DNA of 64,000 nt from contig NC_042997.1 in the NCBI RefSeq assembly GCF_006345805.1, positions 93,868,001-93,932,000 of the forward strand, given 5' to 3'. The notes beneath the pieces were generated by a model. The model did no database searches. It worked only from the letters and a program-made list of their open reading frames with translations, and had not been told where the DNA came from. Every line of letters starts with the position of its first letter. The stretch's first letter is position 1. The DNA comes from Octopus sinensis (taxonomy: Eukaryota). Shown one piece after another: positions 1 through 12,700 of the stretch. A program made the position numbers and the translations under genes.

Positions 1-296
1 TTTCTAGTTAATAAATACGGATGAGATGAGGAAACTACAACTGAATGGCTAATATATATTTATTTCAGCAAGTACAGAAAATAACTCCAGACATTTTTAC
101 ATCTTATTAGACACCCTCAGCAAAACATAGACTTCACGGTACTAACCAAAGTAGTGATAAGAAAATCATTAAGTAGATGTAACCGAAATTTGATAATATT
201 TCTTTCCTACTCTTGTTCAATATTGTACATCTACTGCATGATTCTCTTACTCAGCAAATAAGTGAAATCTATGCTTTTTCGAGGAGGTATAATAAT

Positions 297-509
297 CCTT
301 TCTAGTATAGGTATAAGACTTGAAATTTTGGAGGAGGGGCCGGGTCGATTTCCTCACCCCAGTACTTGACTGACGCTTATTTTATGAACTCCGAAAAGAT
401 GAACAGCAAAGTCGGCTTCAGTGGAATTTGAACGTAAAACGTAAAACGGAGGAAATGCCGTTGAACATTTGGCCCAGCTCAGTAACGATTCGACTCGCTC
501 GCAGCCTTT
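297..509 (-). mobile_element. tRNA-derived SINE, family A (Deu/Nin-like central domain), diverged
   Basis: Reverse complement matches the family A head/body seen at 2374-2590. Flanked by a 16-bp TSD with one mismatch: gaggaggtataataat (281-296) / gaggcggtataataat (510-525). Confidence 0.85.
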
Positions 510-1253
510 GAGGCGGTATAATAATATCAAAAGTTTTAAGAGCTATCATCCGAAATAATTAAAATAGTTTAATCATTTAGCTAATGTATTTTCCTCACTC
601 CATTCGTATTACTAATTTCATTCCTATGCACACTAAGTTAGCTATTTCGATAAAGATGAAATATAGTTCAATGACCTTTGTTGTCTGTTATGGACAGTCT
701 GAAAACCTTCACTGAGATTCCTCTCCAAGACACAAGCGTGACAAAATTTTTGTTTGAAAGTCAGTAAGTGGTTAGTTAGCTGCAGTTTTCACAGTTTTGT
801 TTTTAAATTAGCGTTCATATTTAAAACATTTCAATGGACGAGTTATAATTTCTCATATATAAAACTATTTTTGGTTTATCGCCATCTGTGATGATTGTCG
901 AGAAAGTAGTCAGTTGGAACACTTGCTCTTCAGCTAACAGATGTCGTCTCTATCATTTCTAAGAGTGTACGAAGCTAATCGCTCTATATGTCACCATTCA
1001 TCTGTGGAAATGAATAAATAGATAAATACATATAAGAGAAATAATATATTTCTAAATCTCTCAGAGAGATTTATATAGTAGCAACGCAATAAAGTGATGG
1101 TATGTTGTCAACTTAATGTGACAATCCCAGAAAGCGAAAAACGCTACTGCTATTTAGCCCTAGGAAACACCGTTTCCTGTTGGCCTTGACACATTTCCTG
1201 TGTCCTTATGTTTACAAAGGAGGAGATAAGCACCTCCATCCTTCAAAGCCAGC

Positions 1254-1298
1254 CTCCAGAGACTAGTTTCAGAGTTATTGCTCATCATCAGTCTGGAG
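1254..1298 (-). ncRNA. Type I hammerhead ribozyme, minimal palindromic stem III
   Basis: Minus strand reads ctccaga-CTGATGA-t gag caataa ctc t-GAAAC-TA-GTC-tctggag: 7-bp stem I, intact core, ACTAGT palindrome, GUC cleavage triplet. U.U at the base of stem II. Confidence 0.8.
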
Positions 1299-1516
1299 TA
1301 GCATGGCTTGCTAGCTGTCGATGCCTATCTGCCTTTGTAAACATATAATAATGCAAGTGAGATGCAGTCACTAATTTCGAAAATAGAAATAATTAATTTC
1401 TAAATCTCTCAGAGTGCTGCTACTGTATAAATATCTCTGAGAGATTTAGAAATGAATTATTTCTATTTTCGAAATCAGTGAATGTATTTCACTTGAATTA
1501 TTATATGTTTACAAAG

Positions 1517-1557
1517 GCAGACTGATGATGAGCAATGATTCTGAAGCTAGTCTCTGG
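1517..1557 (+). ncRNA. Degenerate hammerhead ribozyme copy (right arm)
   Basis: caga-CTGATGA-tgagcaatgattct-GAAGC-TA-GTC-tctg. GAAA has become GAAG and part of the 5' stem I is deleted, so it is likely inactive. Confidence 0.6.
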
Positions 1558-2373
1558 ATGCTGGCTTTTATGGGTGGAGGTACTTATCTCCCCCTTTGTA
1601 AACATAAGAACACAGGAAATGTGTCAAGGTCAACACGGAACGGTGTTTCCTAGGGCTAAATAACAGTAGCATTCTTCCCTTTCATGGGACTGTCACATTA
1701 AGTTGACAACATACCATCACTTTACATATAAGAAAAATATTTATAAAATAAATTTCAGTAATATACCAGTTTCGTCTCCTCTGCCCATCCTTTTTTTTTT
1801 AAGATCTCATCTAGCGTCGAATGAAAACATCAATATTTCTGTGAAAAATTAAAAAAGAGAAAACGAAAAAACAAAACAAAAACAAAACGAAAAACAAAAC
1901 AAAACAAGAGACAGACCGTGTTTTGAGAACTTAGATTTTAGGATTGTATTTTTTGTGGTTAAAATCTTCGTACTTACTAGTTCAAAGATGTTCAATATTT
2001 TCTTTCGAATGTAAAAATCAATATAGTTCTAAGACACATACACACACACAAAGAAAATAACTTCAATATTTTATTTTGTCAAATAAAATCCTAAGATGAG
2101 AAATTGTTATTTGACTTACAAGGTCCTTGAAATATTCTTCAATACTACAACGTTAACATAATTCCAAATTCTCTGTGGTTGGTTTAGTGGAATCGGTAAA
2201 ACTTTGAGATGAAATATCTTGAGGTATTTACTTTCGTTTCTTTATGTTTTCTGCTCATAACCTACCGACGTCATCTTTGCTTTTTATTCTTCCAGAATTA
2301 ATAAAAGATTGATCAAGTACTAGAGTCGATGAAGTAAAATGTCCTTTACCACCAATTTCTTCTTCTTCTTCTT

Positions 2374-2775
2374 AAAGCGGCGAGCTGGCAGAAACGTTAG
2401 CACGCCAGGCGAAATGTCTAGCGGTATTTTGTCTGCCGTTACGTTCTGAGTTTAAATTCCGCCGAGGTCGACTTTGGCTTTTATCCTTTCGGGGTCGATA
2501 AATTAAGTACCAGTTGCATACTGGAGTCGATCTAATCGACTGGCCCCCTCCCCCAAAATTTTGTGCCTTGTGCCTTGAGTAGAAAAGAATTTTTAGCGCG
2601 CCGGGCAAAATGCTTAGCAGCATTTCGTCCGTCTTTACGTTCTGAGTTCAAATTCTGCCGAGGTCGACTTTGCCTTTCATCCTTTCCGGGTCGATAAATT
2701 AAATACCAGTGAAATTCTAGGGTCGATCTAATCGACTAGTCTCCTCCTACAAAATTTCAGGATTATCATTATTAT
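2374..2775 (+). mobile_element. Two tandem family A SINEs (second is 5'-truncated)
   Basis: A-box-like tggcagaaacg, B box gagttcaaattc, domain gtcgactttgcctttcatcctttc.gggtcgataaattaagtacc, (ATT)n-type tail. Confidence 0.9.
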
Positions 2776-2799
2776 TATTCCAAATAATAATAATATTAT

Positions 2800-3250
2800 T
2801 CTTGTGACGGCGCTAGATCGCGGGTTCGATTCCCGAACCGAGCAGTGTGTTGTGCTCTTGAGCAAAGCACTTCATTTCACGTTGCTCTGTGATCATTTGG
2901 ACATGTGTTTCATAGCACACATGTGTACCAGTACAGGCAATGCCGATTTGATGGGGAAATTAGCTAAGGCACAGCACATACATTTGGTCACTATAAACAA
3001 ATTATATGTGCAGGTTGTTCAGCAGAAACTGAACACTCATAAGTCATTTTCGACTGGAGAGTCCATCATTAATGATCATAAGATTGTGGTTTCGATTCCT
3101 GGACCGGGCGACGCGTTGTGTTCTTGAGCAAAACACTTCATTTCACGTTGCTCCTGTCCAATCAGCTGACAAAAATGAATAATCTTGCGACGGACCGGCG
3201 TCCCATCAGGTGAGGACGCCACGAAACTGGGAAACCGACTCTTATTACTC
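2800..3250 (+). mobile_element. Two tandem tRNA-head/CORE-like SINE fragments
   Basis: Repeated ggttcgattcc-like B box followed by gttgtg.tcttgagcaaa.cacttcatttcacgttgctc at ~2820-2890 and ~3085-3155. Confidence 0.7.
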
Positions 3251-5453
3251 GAAAAGGTAACTTTTATCTTTACCACCATTGCTAGTTCGAGATAAATTCT
3301 ATAGTCACAGCAGTGTCGACATCCACGAGGTGCCCGAAGAGCAACGAAACAGGTTTGACCTCACGCATCCAGTGTCATACTATTGCCAACTTATAGATTT
3401 AAATCGAACATTTGCTGTCACGTGTAAGATTGATCAGCTGAGTTCAGATGAGGATCATTCCGTCGCCCTCCTTTCGCCGCGAAGGGCAGGCAGTGTATAT
3501 CTGTCTGGTGACCATGGCGAAAAAGGTGTGGTGGATGAGATTGAAAGAGCTGCAGACAGCCATTCGCTTCAAAGGTCAAATTCTCATCAGCTTTTTATGG
3601 GTTTCACTTGAAAAGAAAACTGAGGGTGGAGAAAGAAGTGTTACCTTCCAACAAATTCATTGAACGATGGATGACATTGACAAGCAGAGTCCAAGCAAAT
3701 GGGCCTTCTCTGAGCATGCGTTTCTGGATTGGAATGGGGAGGGTTCTTGCCTTAGTGGTCAGGGTGACAATGCTTTTTCTGGAGTTCTCTTTCTTATTTG
3801 AGAAATTTCATTGCTAAAATTTTCTTGTTATCTCATTGTTGTAAATCTGTGTATATGTATAAATCTCTGTGTGTTTTTTCTGTTTTGCACCAATGTCCTT
3901 TTCACTTTTTGTGGAGGCCCTAGTGGCCAATATAGAGACGATCATCATCGTCATTATTACTATGTTGTTGTTTTTTAGGCCAGTCCAGTCTTGATAGAGC
4001 AGACCGGTGATCAAAGGCATCCTAGTTGTGACCGTCTCGCCGTTTCTTCATACATATTATATCTCGGACTATATTTTCGATTGTTCCCTTCTCTTTTAAA
4101 GAAAATATGTGATATGATGAGGATTTTAAGGTTATTTTTAACATGTCGTGCGATTACATGAAGGCTTCTTCCTTTAGTTCTTATTTTTTAATGGAAAATT
4201 GTTGCGTCGAAGACATTTACGGTTCAAGTTAATCGTGTGTCGAAGTGATATGGGCTGCTCATACTATGATAACGATAAAGTGGTATCTGTGGTATGTAAA
4301 TATCTTAACATCACGCCAGTTGCTAATTGAGTCCTGACCAAACCAGAACCATGAGTGCAGATATATTATGCTCTAACTCCTTGCAATTTATACACATATT
4401 TGTTTTCATTTGAAAACTGGATCAATATTTGCAGAGGCGGATAAGCATGGTCAGTAAAACCGATTGAATTATTGATGTTGATGCTATATATTTTATTGAT
4501 TCCAGAAATCAGATAAAAAAGGAGGTAATTTCGATTACATTGCTATTTGAATACAAAACATAATCGGACGTTTCACCGTTGCTGCTGGCTCCTCGTGTTA
4601 TTGCAATTTCCTTATAATATTGGTGGCTATAATAGTAATGGAAAATACATTCAAATGCAGAGATAAACTGCCTTTTGTTTTCATTCTTAACATTTCTGTG
4701 AATATTAGGCCAATTTTTTTTTCAGATTTATGAAACGGTTCTGGAATGGGAATTCATATTCAAAGTAGCCATATTTGTTATTTCGTGTTTGACTTTGTGG
4801 TTAAAGGAGCAGTGGAATTTTTTATAGGCTATCTAACCAAACTAATAAACCTTTGCTGCTTCATATTTGAAATATTTCACTGTCAATAACATTTACTTAT
4901 TCACCACTAAAAGAAAATTACGAAACACACACCCTCTTTCTGCTCTTATATTAGATAGAATTAATAATGAACCCTGCATAAATGGTATATCTGTGTACAG
5001 ATTAAAAAAAATACTCGGCCATTTTTAAAGGATTACAACAAAGAAAAGAATATCGCTATATTTTTTATACGTATGTGGGTCCACGATGACCTCATAACAA
5101 ACATTACATATGCAAGTATTGACCTCAAAGATAAGTCATAGAGTGTAATTATTGAAATATGAAATAGCCTTCCAAGTAAAAAGTCATATTTCCCCCATCA
5201 TATGCTAAATGAGGCCTTTTAATTTCTATTAGAGTAGAATATAATAAACAGCATGTTGGAATATTTTGTGTCAGAGCTATACACAGTGAAATATTACGAC
5301 TAGTTTTAATTAAATTTTAGGTTATAGATGAAAAACAGAGATTTGTAATGTTCTTTCTAAATTCTTGCGCTAAATCTATTACACCCAGGTATGATAAAAT
5401 GTAATAACGGGAATTGTTAGAACATCATATGTATTATTATATATCAAACTTTA

Positions 5454-6674
5454 TATTGAGTCATCACATAAATAATGTAGTGTTTTCAATTGTGTGAACT
5501 AAAAGTCGGAGGTGGGGACGGAATAAACTACTTGCATCAACCTGCTATAAAAGCAGGTAGTAATTTTACCTTGTCCTTATTCTTAGTGCAAGTTTTGAAG
5601 AGTACAATTCGATTCTAAGTTATATTTTCAAAGCTATAATGGAAGTGACAAAGGAGAATATTCGGCATATTTTGCTTTATGACTTCAATAAGCGTAAGCC
5701 AGTGTCAACGGTGGTTCCAGAAATTCCGAGCCGGAAACTACGGCCTAGAAGGCGAGTCTCATCTTGGAAGATCTGTAAAGCTCGACGAAGGCGTCTTGCA
5801 AACGCTGGTGGAATAAAATCCCACCATAACTGTTGAGGAACTAGCAGAGAAGCTTGGATTTGGTTATTCAACCATCAATCGACACCTGCGTGGCATCAGA
5901 AAAGTAAACAAATTGAGTCAATGGGTTCCTCAAAGACTTTCTCAGTCTAATCGTGCGCAGAGTGTGAATGTGTGCTCTTCTTTGCTGTCACGTCTCACGA
6001 ATGAACCTTTTTTGGACCGAATAGTGACTGGTGACGAGAAATGGGTTCTCTATAAAAGTGTCAAGCACCGAAGACAGTAGGTAGTTAAAGGAGAAAAACC
6101 GACACCCCAGGTTAAAGAAGGTCTTCACCCACGTGAGATGTTATCTGTTTGGTGGGATATGAAAGGTTTAGTCCACTTTGTACTTTTAAATACAAGCCAA
6201 ACGATAACAAACATCTACTGCAAGCAACTTGAGCGGCTTAAGTCAGCGCTAGAAGAAAAACGACCATCTTTGCTTTCAAGACGAAAGGTGGTCTTCCATC
6301 AGGATAATGCTCGGCCATATGCAGCGAGGATGACATTCCAAAGGCGGGAACAGTTTGAATGGGAAACAATGCCGCACCCTCACATTCACCGAACATTGTC
6401 CCATCTGATTATCATTTATTCTGAAGTATTCAAAATCATTTGGACGGAAAAAATATGAATTATGTAGTCGAGGTCAGAACAGTATTGGAGGAGTATTTTT
6501 CGTCATGGACAAGTGAATTTTGGAAGAGTGGCCTTGCATGTCTACCAGATAGATGGAAGAGCATTGTAGAAAATGACTGAGAGTTTATTTTAGATTAAAA
6601 AAGAACTTTGTTTATCTTAATTTTGAAAGATAAGAGAAATATAAAAACCGCATCATTTATGGGATGACCCAATA
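5454..6674 (+). mobile_element. Mariner (DD34D, Mos1-like) transposon with both TIRs; transposase inactivated
   Basis: TA-flanked TIRs ttgagtcatcacataaataatgtagtgtttt and aaaaccgcatcatttatgggatgacccaa. Frames give QWVPQRL, IVTGDEKWV, MLSVWWDMKG and HQDNARP, broken by stops and frameshifts. Confidence 0.95.
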
Positions 6675-7199
6675 GATCAAAAATATTAAAATCAGATTTT
6701 CATTTAATAATTTAGTGTATGCAGAGAAACTGAATTTTAAATTTGTGTTTTATGATTAATGCATTTGATTCGATTTCGTTGCAAAATTTTCTGAAATGGA
6801 AAATTTATCGCACAATGTCACCGTATATTTTGATTATGTTTGACTGCTATCAGTAGTAGAATGATAAACTAAATCCTTTGCAACATTTAATTTTGTCTCT
6901 GTTGTTAATTCAAATACTATTAAAGTCATTCCTCTGAGATAGATAAAATATGCAACGACTGAACTTAAATACTGGGTAGGTGGGATTTCATCAACTATAT
7001 CTCCTATTAACAAACTGACACCTATTTATGTCTGGTTACAGGACAACTAGAACTATCACCTAAATCTCCTTAAAATCACATTCTATGGTTTTTAAAAATG
7101 AAGGATACTGAATGATATGGCCCTAGACAAATCATTTTTGAAAACAATCGGATAGTCGTGTCACATCTGGAATGGCTTTTCGTCATAGGGCGTGAAGAC

Positions 7200-8370
7200 G
7201 TGTAGATCGGGAACTCTGGTCTCGCTGATGGCCACTACATCTATGACTAGTGACATGAGGTCGCTCAGGTGACGTTGTTTTCAAGGTAACCCAAAGACAC
7301 CTTCTTTTAAACTAACTAATCTGAGTAAGGCCATGTTTGACTGAAAGAAGGAGGTGAGAAAAGGCCTACTTGTCTTATTCTCCTGGCTGCTTGTGGGTGT
7401 TTCCACGAGCAGTTCTTCATGCAGTCTATCGTTTATATTTCCTCTGATGTCCCCTACTGCAGTGGGCATATTTATTCTTTAAAACGTTGTACATATATTG
7501 CAATATTTGGATGATTTTGATATGTAGTTGAACGATATTCGGAGCTGTGTACGATGCTTATGTTTTGGTGTACGTGAATCACAAGTGTTTTTAATTTTCA
7601 TTGTTTCTACTAAGCAGCACATGTTTAATTCTAGGAACACATTCATTATCATTACTTTTACTATCTTACGGCGTAGGTAGATTGCTTTGAGAACCAGTTG
7701 ATCACTCGTCAGGGTTGTTGAGAGTGCTTCTTGGCATCAGTCTCTGTACGGAATCTCACCTCTTCTGTGCCGTACATTTTCTCCCTGGCAATATATGCTT
7801 TGTTGTCCCAGATTGAGCGGAGACATTTTTTATATTAACTACTGTGTCACCTGTTCTATTCTCTTACTTTTGCTGCTAAAGTTTTATACACCACAGTTTT
7901 TGAGGTCGGTTTCTTGATTCCGATATAATTAACGCAACATTTCGTCCAGACTTAGTAAGTATATTTTTCGCATTTTTAAACTCTTCTGACGATAAAATAA
8001 TTTCTTCTTCTAACTGGCGGACGGTATCGGCGAACCCACCAACACTGCATTTGCAAGATGTAGTGTATTCATTGTTTATGTTGGTGTCAACGGTGGTGAT
8101 GGAGGTGAAATGTGCAGATGTGTTGAAAGATCGATTTAATTTTTTTGCTTTTTTTTTATTTCAAGTTCTCCGATGTTGTGGTTTTCGTTTTCTTTGTTAT
8201 TGCTGTCTTCCTTTCTTGTTGTTATTGTACCTTGTTTTTGTTGTTGTTTCAATTGGTATTTGTGATGGTAGTGGTGGTAGTGATGGTGGTGATTTGTTTT
8301 AAAGGTGTTAAGTCTGCGTCAAAACAGCTCTTCAAATTTCTGATCTCACTCCCTTGACATTTTCCCGCAA
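7200..8370 (-). mobile_element. Tx1/L1-clade LINE 5' fragment (ORF1 / start of ORF2), decayed
   Basis: 7215-7275 is homologous to 13055-13120, the start of the APE domain of the larger element. Pro/Thr-rich low-complexity 5' part resembles 14080-14270. Confidence 0.5.
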
Positions 8371-8585
8371 AAATCGACACCATGTTTTTTTCTGGTTATT
8401 TTAAAAAGAAATCGGTAAATATTACAAAATAAATGAGAAATTCCTTCCCTAGAAGTCAAGCGGCTCCCGAAACCTTCGAGTTTTTTATGTGACATGCGGA
8501 GGAAAAATTTGGAATACAAATCATTGGAAAATGGTTAAATTAAAACAAAAATTACGAGCAACTCAAAACGAACATGTTACTGATA

Positions 8586-8671
<86 letters not shown>

Positions 8672-8719
8672 GTAATAATGATGATGATAATAATAATGAT
8701 AATAATAATAATAATAATA

Positions 8720-9273
8720 GCCCTGATGCAGTACCAGGCAGTGGCTCTCATGGCTTCTGATCTTAATTGATTGGAAGTGTTATCATGTACATTGTTTTGT
8801 CTTGGTATAAAAGATGGGCTACAGCAAATATTCTGCTCAATACCACAGATTTGCTTGTCAGTTGTTTGACCTTAACCAGTTGAGCATGTCCCTTAGTGGC
8901 TGACGATATGTGCATCTCTGATCACGAGCAGAAGTAGTGGGGGAGCACCATAGCCATGTGTTGAGAGGGATTCTTTGGGGTTTGAATAGTTCACCTCTGG
9001 AAACATGGGTGGTTCTTTCAACATCCTTAAACAACCCTTATTCAGAGACCGTTTGAGCGGGACGGGCTACTCAACCTGAAGAAAATTCTAACTGGGCCCC
9101 ACCTGCAAGGTCATGTGCCGTTTATCTTGATATGAGATCACCATGTCGCGCACATATGGTTGTGATGCATGTGCCTGGTGTACCTTTATCAGACGGGTAG
9201 TCATGATGGGTATATTGGGCTTCGTATATTTTACCCCAGTGTCACTTTGATGGCATGAACTGCTCTCTCACTC
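8720..9273. mobile_element. 554-bp non-coding interspersed repeat embedded in (AAT)n
   Basis: Sharp boundaries with (AAT)n on both sides. A second partial copy in the opposite orientation lies at ~45978-46139. Confidence 0.7.
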
Positions 9274-9312
<39 letters not shown>

Positions 9313-9315
<3 letters not shown>

Positions 9316-9715
9316 CTTTTCTACTCTACGCACGAGGCCCGAAATTCTTGGGGAGGAGCCAGTAGCTTAGATCGACCCCCCCCCAGTAGGTAACTTGTAC
9401 TTAATTTATCGACCCCGAAAGGATGAAAGGCAAAGTCGACCCCAGCGGCATTTGAACTCAGAACATAAAGACAGATGAAATACCTATTTCTTTACTACCC
9501 ACAAGGGACTAAACACAGAGAGGACAAACAAGGACAGACAAACGGATTAAGTCGATTATAATGACCCCAGTGCGTAACTGGTACTTATTTAATCGACCCA
9601 GAAAGGATGAAAGGCAAAGTCGACCTCGGCGGAATTTAAATTCAGAACGTAAAGATGGTCCAAATGCCGCTAAGCATTTTGTTCTGAGTGCTAACGATTC
9701 TGCCAGCACGCTGCC

Positions 9716-9717
<2 letters not shown>
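9313..9717 (-). mobile_element. SINE dimer: full family A copy with 'B-type' tail (9485-9717) joined to a 5'-truncated family A copy (9313-9484)
   Basis: Junction gatgaaatacc|tatttctttactacccacaaggg. Both halves carry the B box and Deu/Nin-like domain. Confidence 0.85.
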
Positions 9718-9759
<42 letters not shown>

Positions 9760-12700
9760 TTTTTCTTTGTTGGCCACAAGGGCCGAACTTAAGATATAAA
9801 AGGACAATATAAAACAAAGGATGAGATAGGTTTAGCACAAAAATACGTATATACAATAAAAACAATAACAATTAACAAAACATTTTAAGCAATAAATTTC
9901 CCCCAAAGTGAAGAGTTCCATCCAAGAGAGCGAAGCAAGATACCCCACACATTCTGGTCATGCCCGACTACCAAGGGCACCTCAGGCAGACGTCTGTTTC
10001 TTTTCAACCCCTCCGATTAAAAGCGTTTTGTTCAGAGTTAGCCTTTCATTCGGGCCATCATCGCCACATTTACTCATCTTTAAATAGAAATAATGGGTGG
10101 GTTGGGGGCCAACACTTCCCTCTCCATCCTGACTTACCTTTTCTAATGGAACTTCAAACAGTCGATGAGAGCTTGATCGAAGAGGAAAGTATTTTCAGTC
10201 CTTTCAACTTCACTCATCACTCTACCTCTTTTACCATAGCCACCAAAACAGAATCAAACTGCTTACCCTTCTCGGCCAAAAGAAGGCGGCAGTGCGATCC
10301 TCACGATAGGGTCTGCTGATAATCGGATCCATCCTACACACGTCAACAGCTGTTCGATAAAGCGACATAAGTCAGCAATGTCCGGGCATTGGACTCGTGC
10401 AAAGAGAATGGTTTCATCGCTCTGCGCACATCTCGGACATGTCCGTTTGGAAGCACTTTCGTCCTTCTAGAACTTGTCTCGAACCAGCAGAGCCCCCTCG
10501 TAGCACTGGTTAGGCCATGAATTTTTGGAAAAACCCCGCAGCTAATTGATCTCCCCCGACGCCCAAGGTTTCCTCGAGGACTCGTCGCTTTTACTCGTCA
10601 CTAAACTCCTCTAGAACTCCAGTATAGAACGTCTACTGACCGCATTTCCCGACTGGACGAGGGCTGTGAGCGCTTGTCGACACTCCAGCTGTCAAGCGTC
10701 CTTTCTCGGTCTACGCTTGATCCAGGACTATAGCTTCATCAATGAGACGAGCTGAGGAAAATCATGTGTGACAAATGGTGACCACACCTGCTCACCGTCA
10801 AGGAAACGCTAGAGATGTAGCAACCTCAGTGAATGTCTGTGCATAGAAAGTGGAAGAACAAGCGCTCTACCCTGATCATTCACGAAGCAGGGCAAATGAC
10901 GAGGGTCAAGAAGTGGTAGATGACAGAAGCGATGCACGCATTGGCCTCCTCCACACGACTCTTCGGAGGCAGCTTCCTTTCTGCCCATTTCTGGTTGAGA
11001 TGATCACTCTCATCGTTCCCTCCCCTTAGTTCTTGTCCACCTGGAGGTCTGGACCAAACTAGACCCCGAGCATTTTAACCAGTTCTTCCGACCAGTGCCC
11101 TACGACGCTGTCGGACGACGTGTAATTGTCTCTCAAGATGCTGAGCTGCTGGCCTATCGACTTCTCTTGGTTATTCTTTGCTCCTGTCCCCGCTTCGTAT
11201 TCTCTTAGGGTAGTGCCGATCACCTCAACACTATTACGATGATGTTGTTCACATAAGGTGACAGGAACCCTCCGCATCGTAATTTATGCGGGGTGCCCCT
11301 CGAAACGTCCGACTTCCATAACAATGACTCAAGAGCCAGTACGTACAGAAGGTGCAAGAGTGGGTATCTTTGACGGACCGAACGAGCGATGCTAAACGAT
11401 TCCGATGGGCAGCCATTTACTTTCACACTGTACACTGCAGCAATGCAGCCTCTGAAGATGGTAGAGAAACCGACCGCCGTGAGAATGGTTGCCAACTATT
11501 AGTGATCAACTCTATCAAAAGCTTTTGATTGATCCAAATTAAAGCCCCACCCATACCAGGTTTCTTACCTACCTTCTCTATGATAGTGTGTGACATGGAA
11601 GTTTTCGTCGATAGATCTGTTTGAGGTAACACATGTCTGCGCATCACGAACCAATTTATCGAAGATAAGCACCAACCTCATGGCTAGTACCTGGGCCAAA
11701 ATCTTGTAATCTGCGTTCAGCAGGGTTACGAGCATAAAATTATCTATTTGGTCTTCCTTGTTCGGGTCTTTTCTTAGCAACACCACAAAGTCACAATTCA
11801 CAGCATTGGGAATTCTCCCGCTCTGCTACAAGTTGTGGCAGACATCAGTCAAGAGATCACCGAACATGTCTGACACATAATAATAAAGCTCAAAGGGCAG
11901 ATCATTCAACTTCGGAGATTTCTCTCTTATGTAGCTAATTATCGAGTCACGTATGGATTCGGCTGTTATCGGCATTTCACAGAGCTCCGACTCACTATGC
12001 GTTCCGTACAGTTCCGTAAAGTGTCACTGAAATTCCGTACACATTTACATGGATTCGAGTAGCATGAGCCTCTCCTGATCCTTCAAAGACCGAATTGTAT
12101 CTTTGTTGCCACAATGCGTCTCCACCATCCGGGTCTATCGAACGGTTTTCATTTCCTCGTGCCTTAACACAAATGCCCAAGATCTGACAACGCAACCTTC
12201 GTACTTATCAGGGAAGAATTTTAAGAGCCAATCTAACCGCCATCATGGCGGCCGCTATGTCTCTTCTAAGTGTCCCTTTTAGCTTTCTAACTAGGTCTCT
12301 ACCCGAACGCCTCTACTTTAATAACTTTTTTCAGGGCTATCTACCATCGGTTGTAGACGATCTCACCCGACAATTTCTGATGGACTAACTTGCTAATCGA
12401 ATCTCTGAAGGTTTGATGCAGGGAAGACGCGTTTAGTTTCCAGCACCCGGGGGTACTGTCTATGGATCCTATCTGGATCGACCATACGGAACAGAAATTC
12501 GTGGTTTGTGTAACCAACGATTTTGAATTGTGGACAACTTATGCTACTTCTGTTTACAGGCCTACAAACAAATCTATCAATGTACGATACGGAAGACCAG
12601 ACGATGCTGGCCCATATCCATATTGGCATATTCAGGAAATACAGTAAGCACATTTCAACTAGTTGGAAGCGACTGAATGGTTTGAAAGGCTTTTACACCC

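Larger units (their letters stand above)
1038..1724. mobile_element. Non-autonomous HHR-bearing foldback element (Penelope-like/retrozyme-like)
   Basis: Inverted arms ~1090-1414 and ~1435-1724, unpaired extension 1038-1089, 10-bp direct repeat acatataaga at 1028-1037 and 1724-1733. An HHR motif lies in each arm. Confidence 0.8.

Noticed and set aside
3327-3362. HHR-like gaggtgc-CCGAAGA-gcaac-GAAAC-AG-GTT-tgacctc
   Set aside because: U4 to C core change, 1-bp stem II and two mismatches at the base of stem I; could be chance. Worth revisiting only if a family consensus restores the core.
9313-9717. Repeat-spacer-like recurrence of SINE cores (also 36702-37117) resembling CRISPR arrays or tRNA genes
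   Set aside because: Dispersed eukaryotic SINE copies with long conserved bodies. No unique spacers, no cas genes, no complete cloverleaf.
11454-11480. CTGAAGA...GAAAC inside the Tx1 RT
   Set aside because: No stem II or NUH site; it is antisense RT coding sequence.
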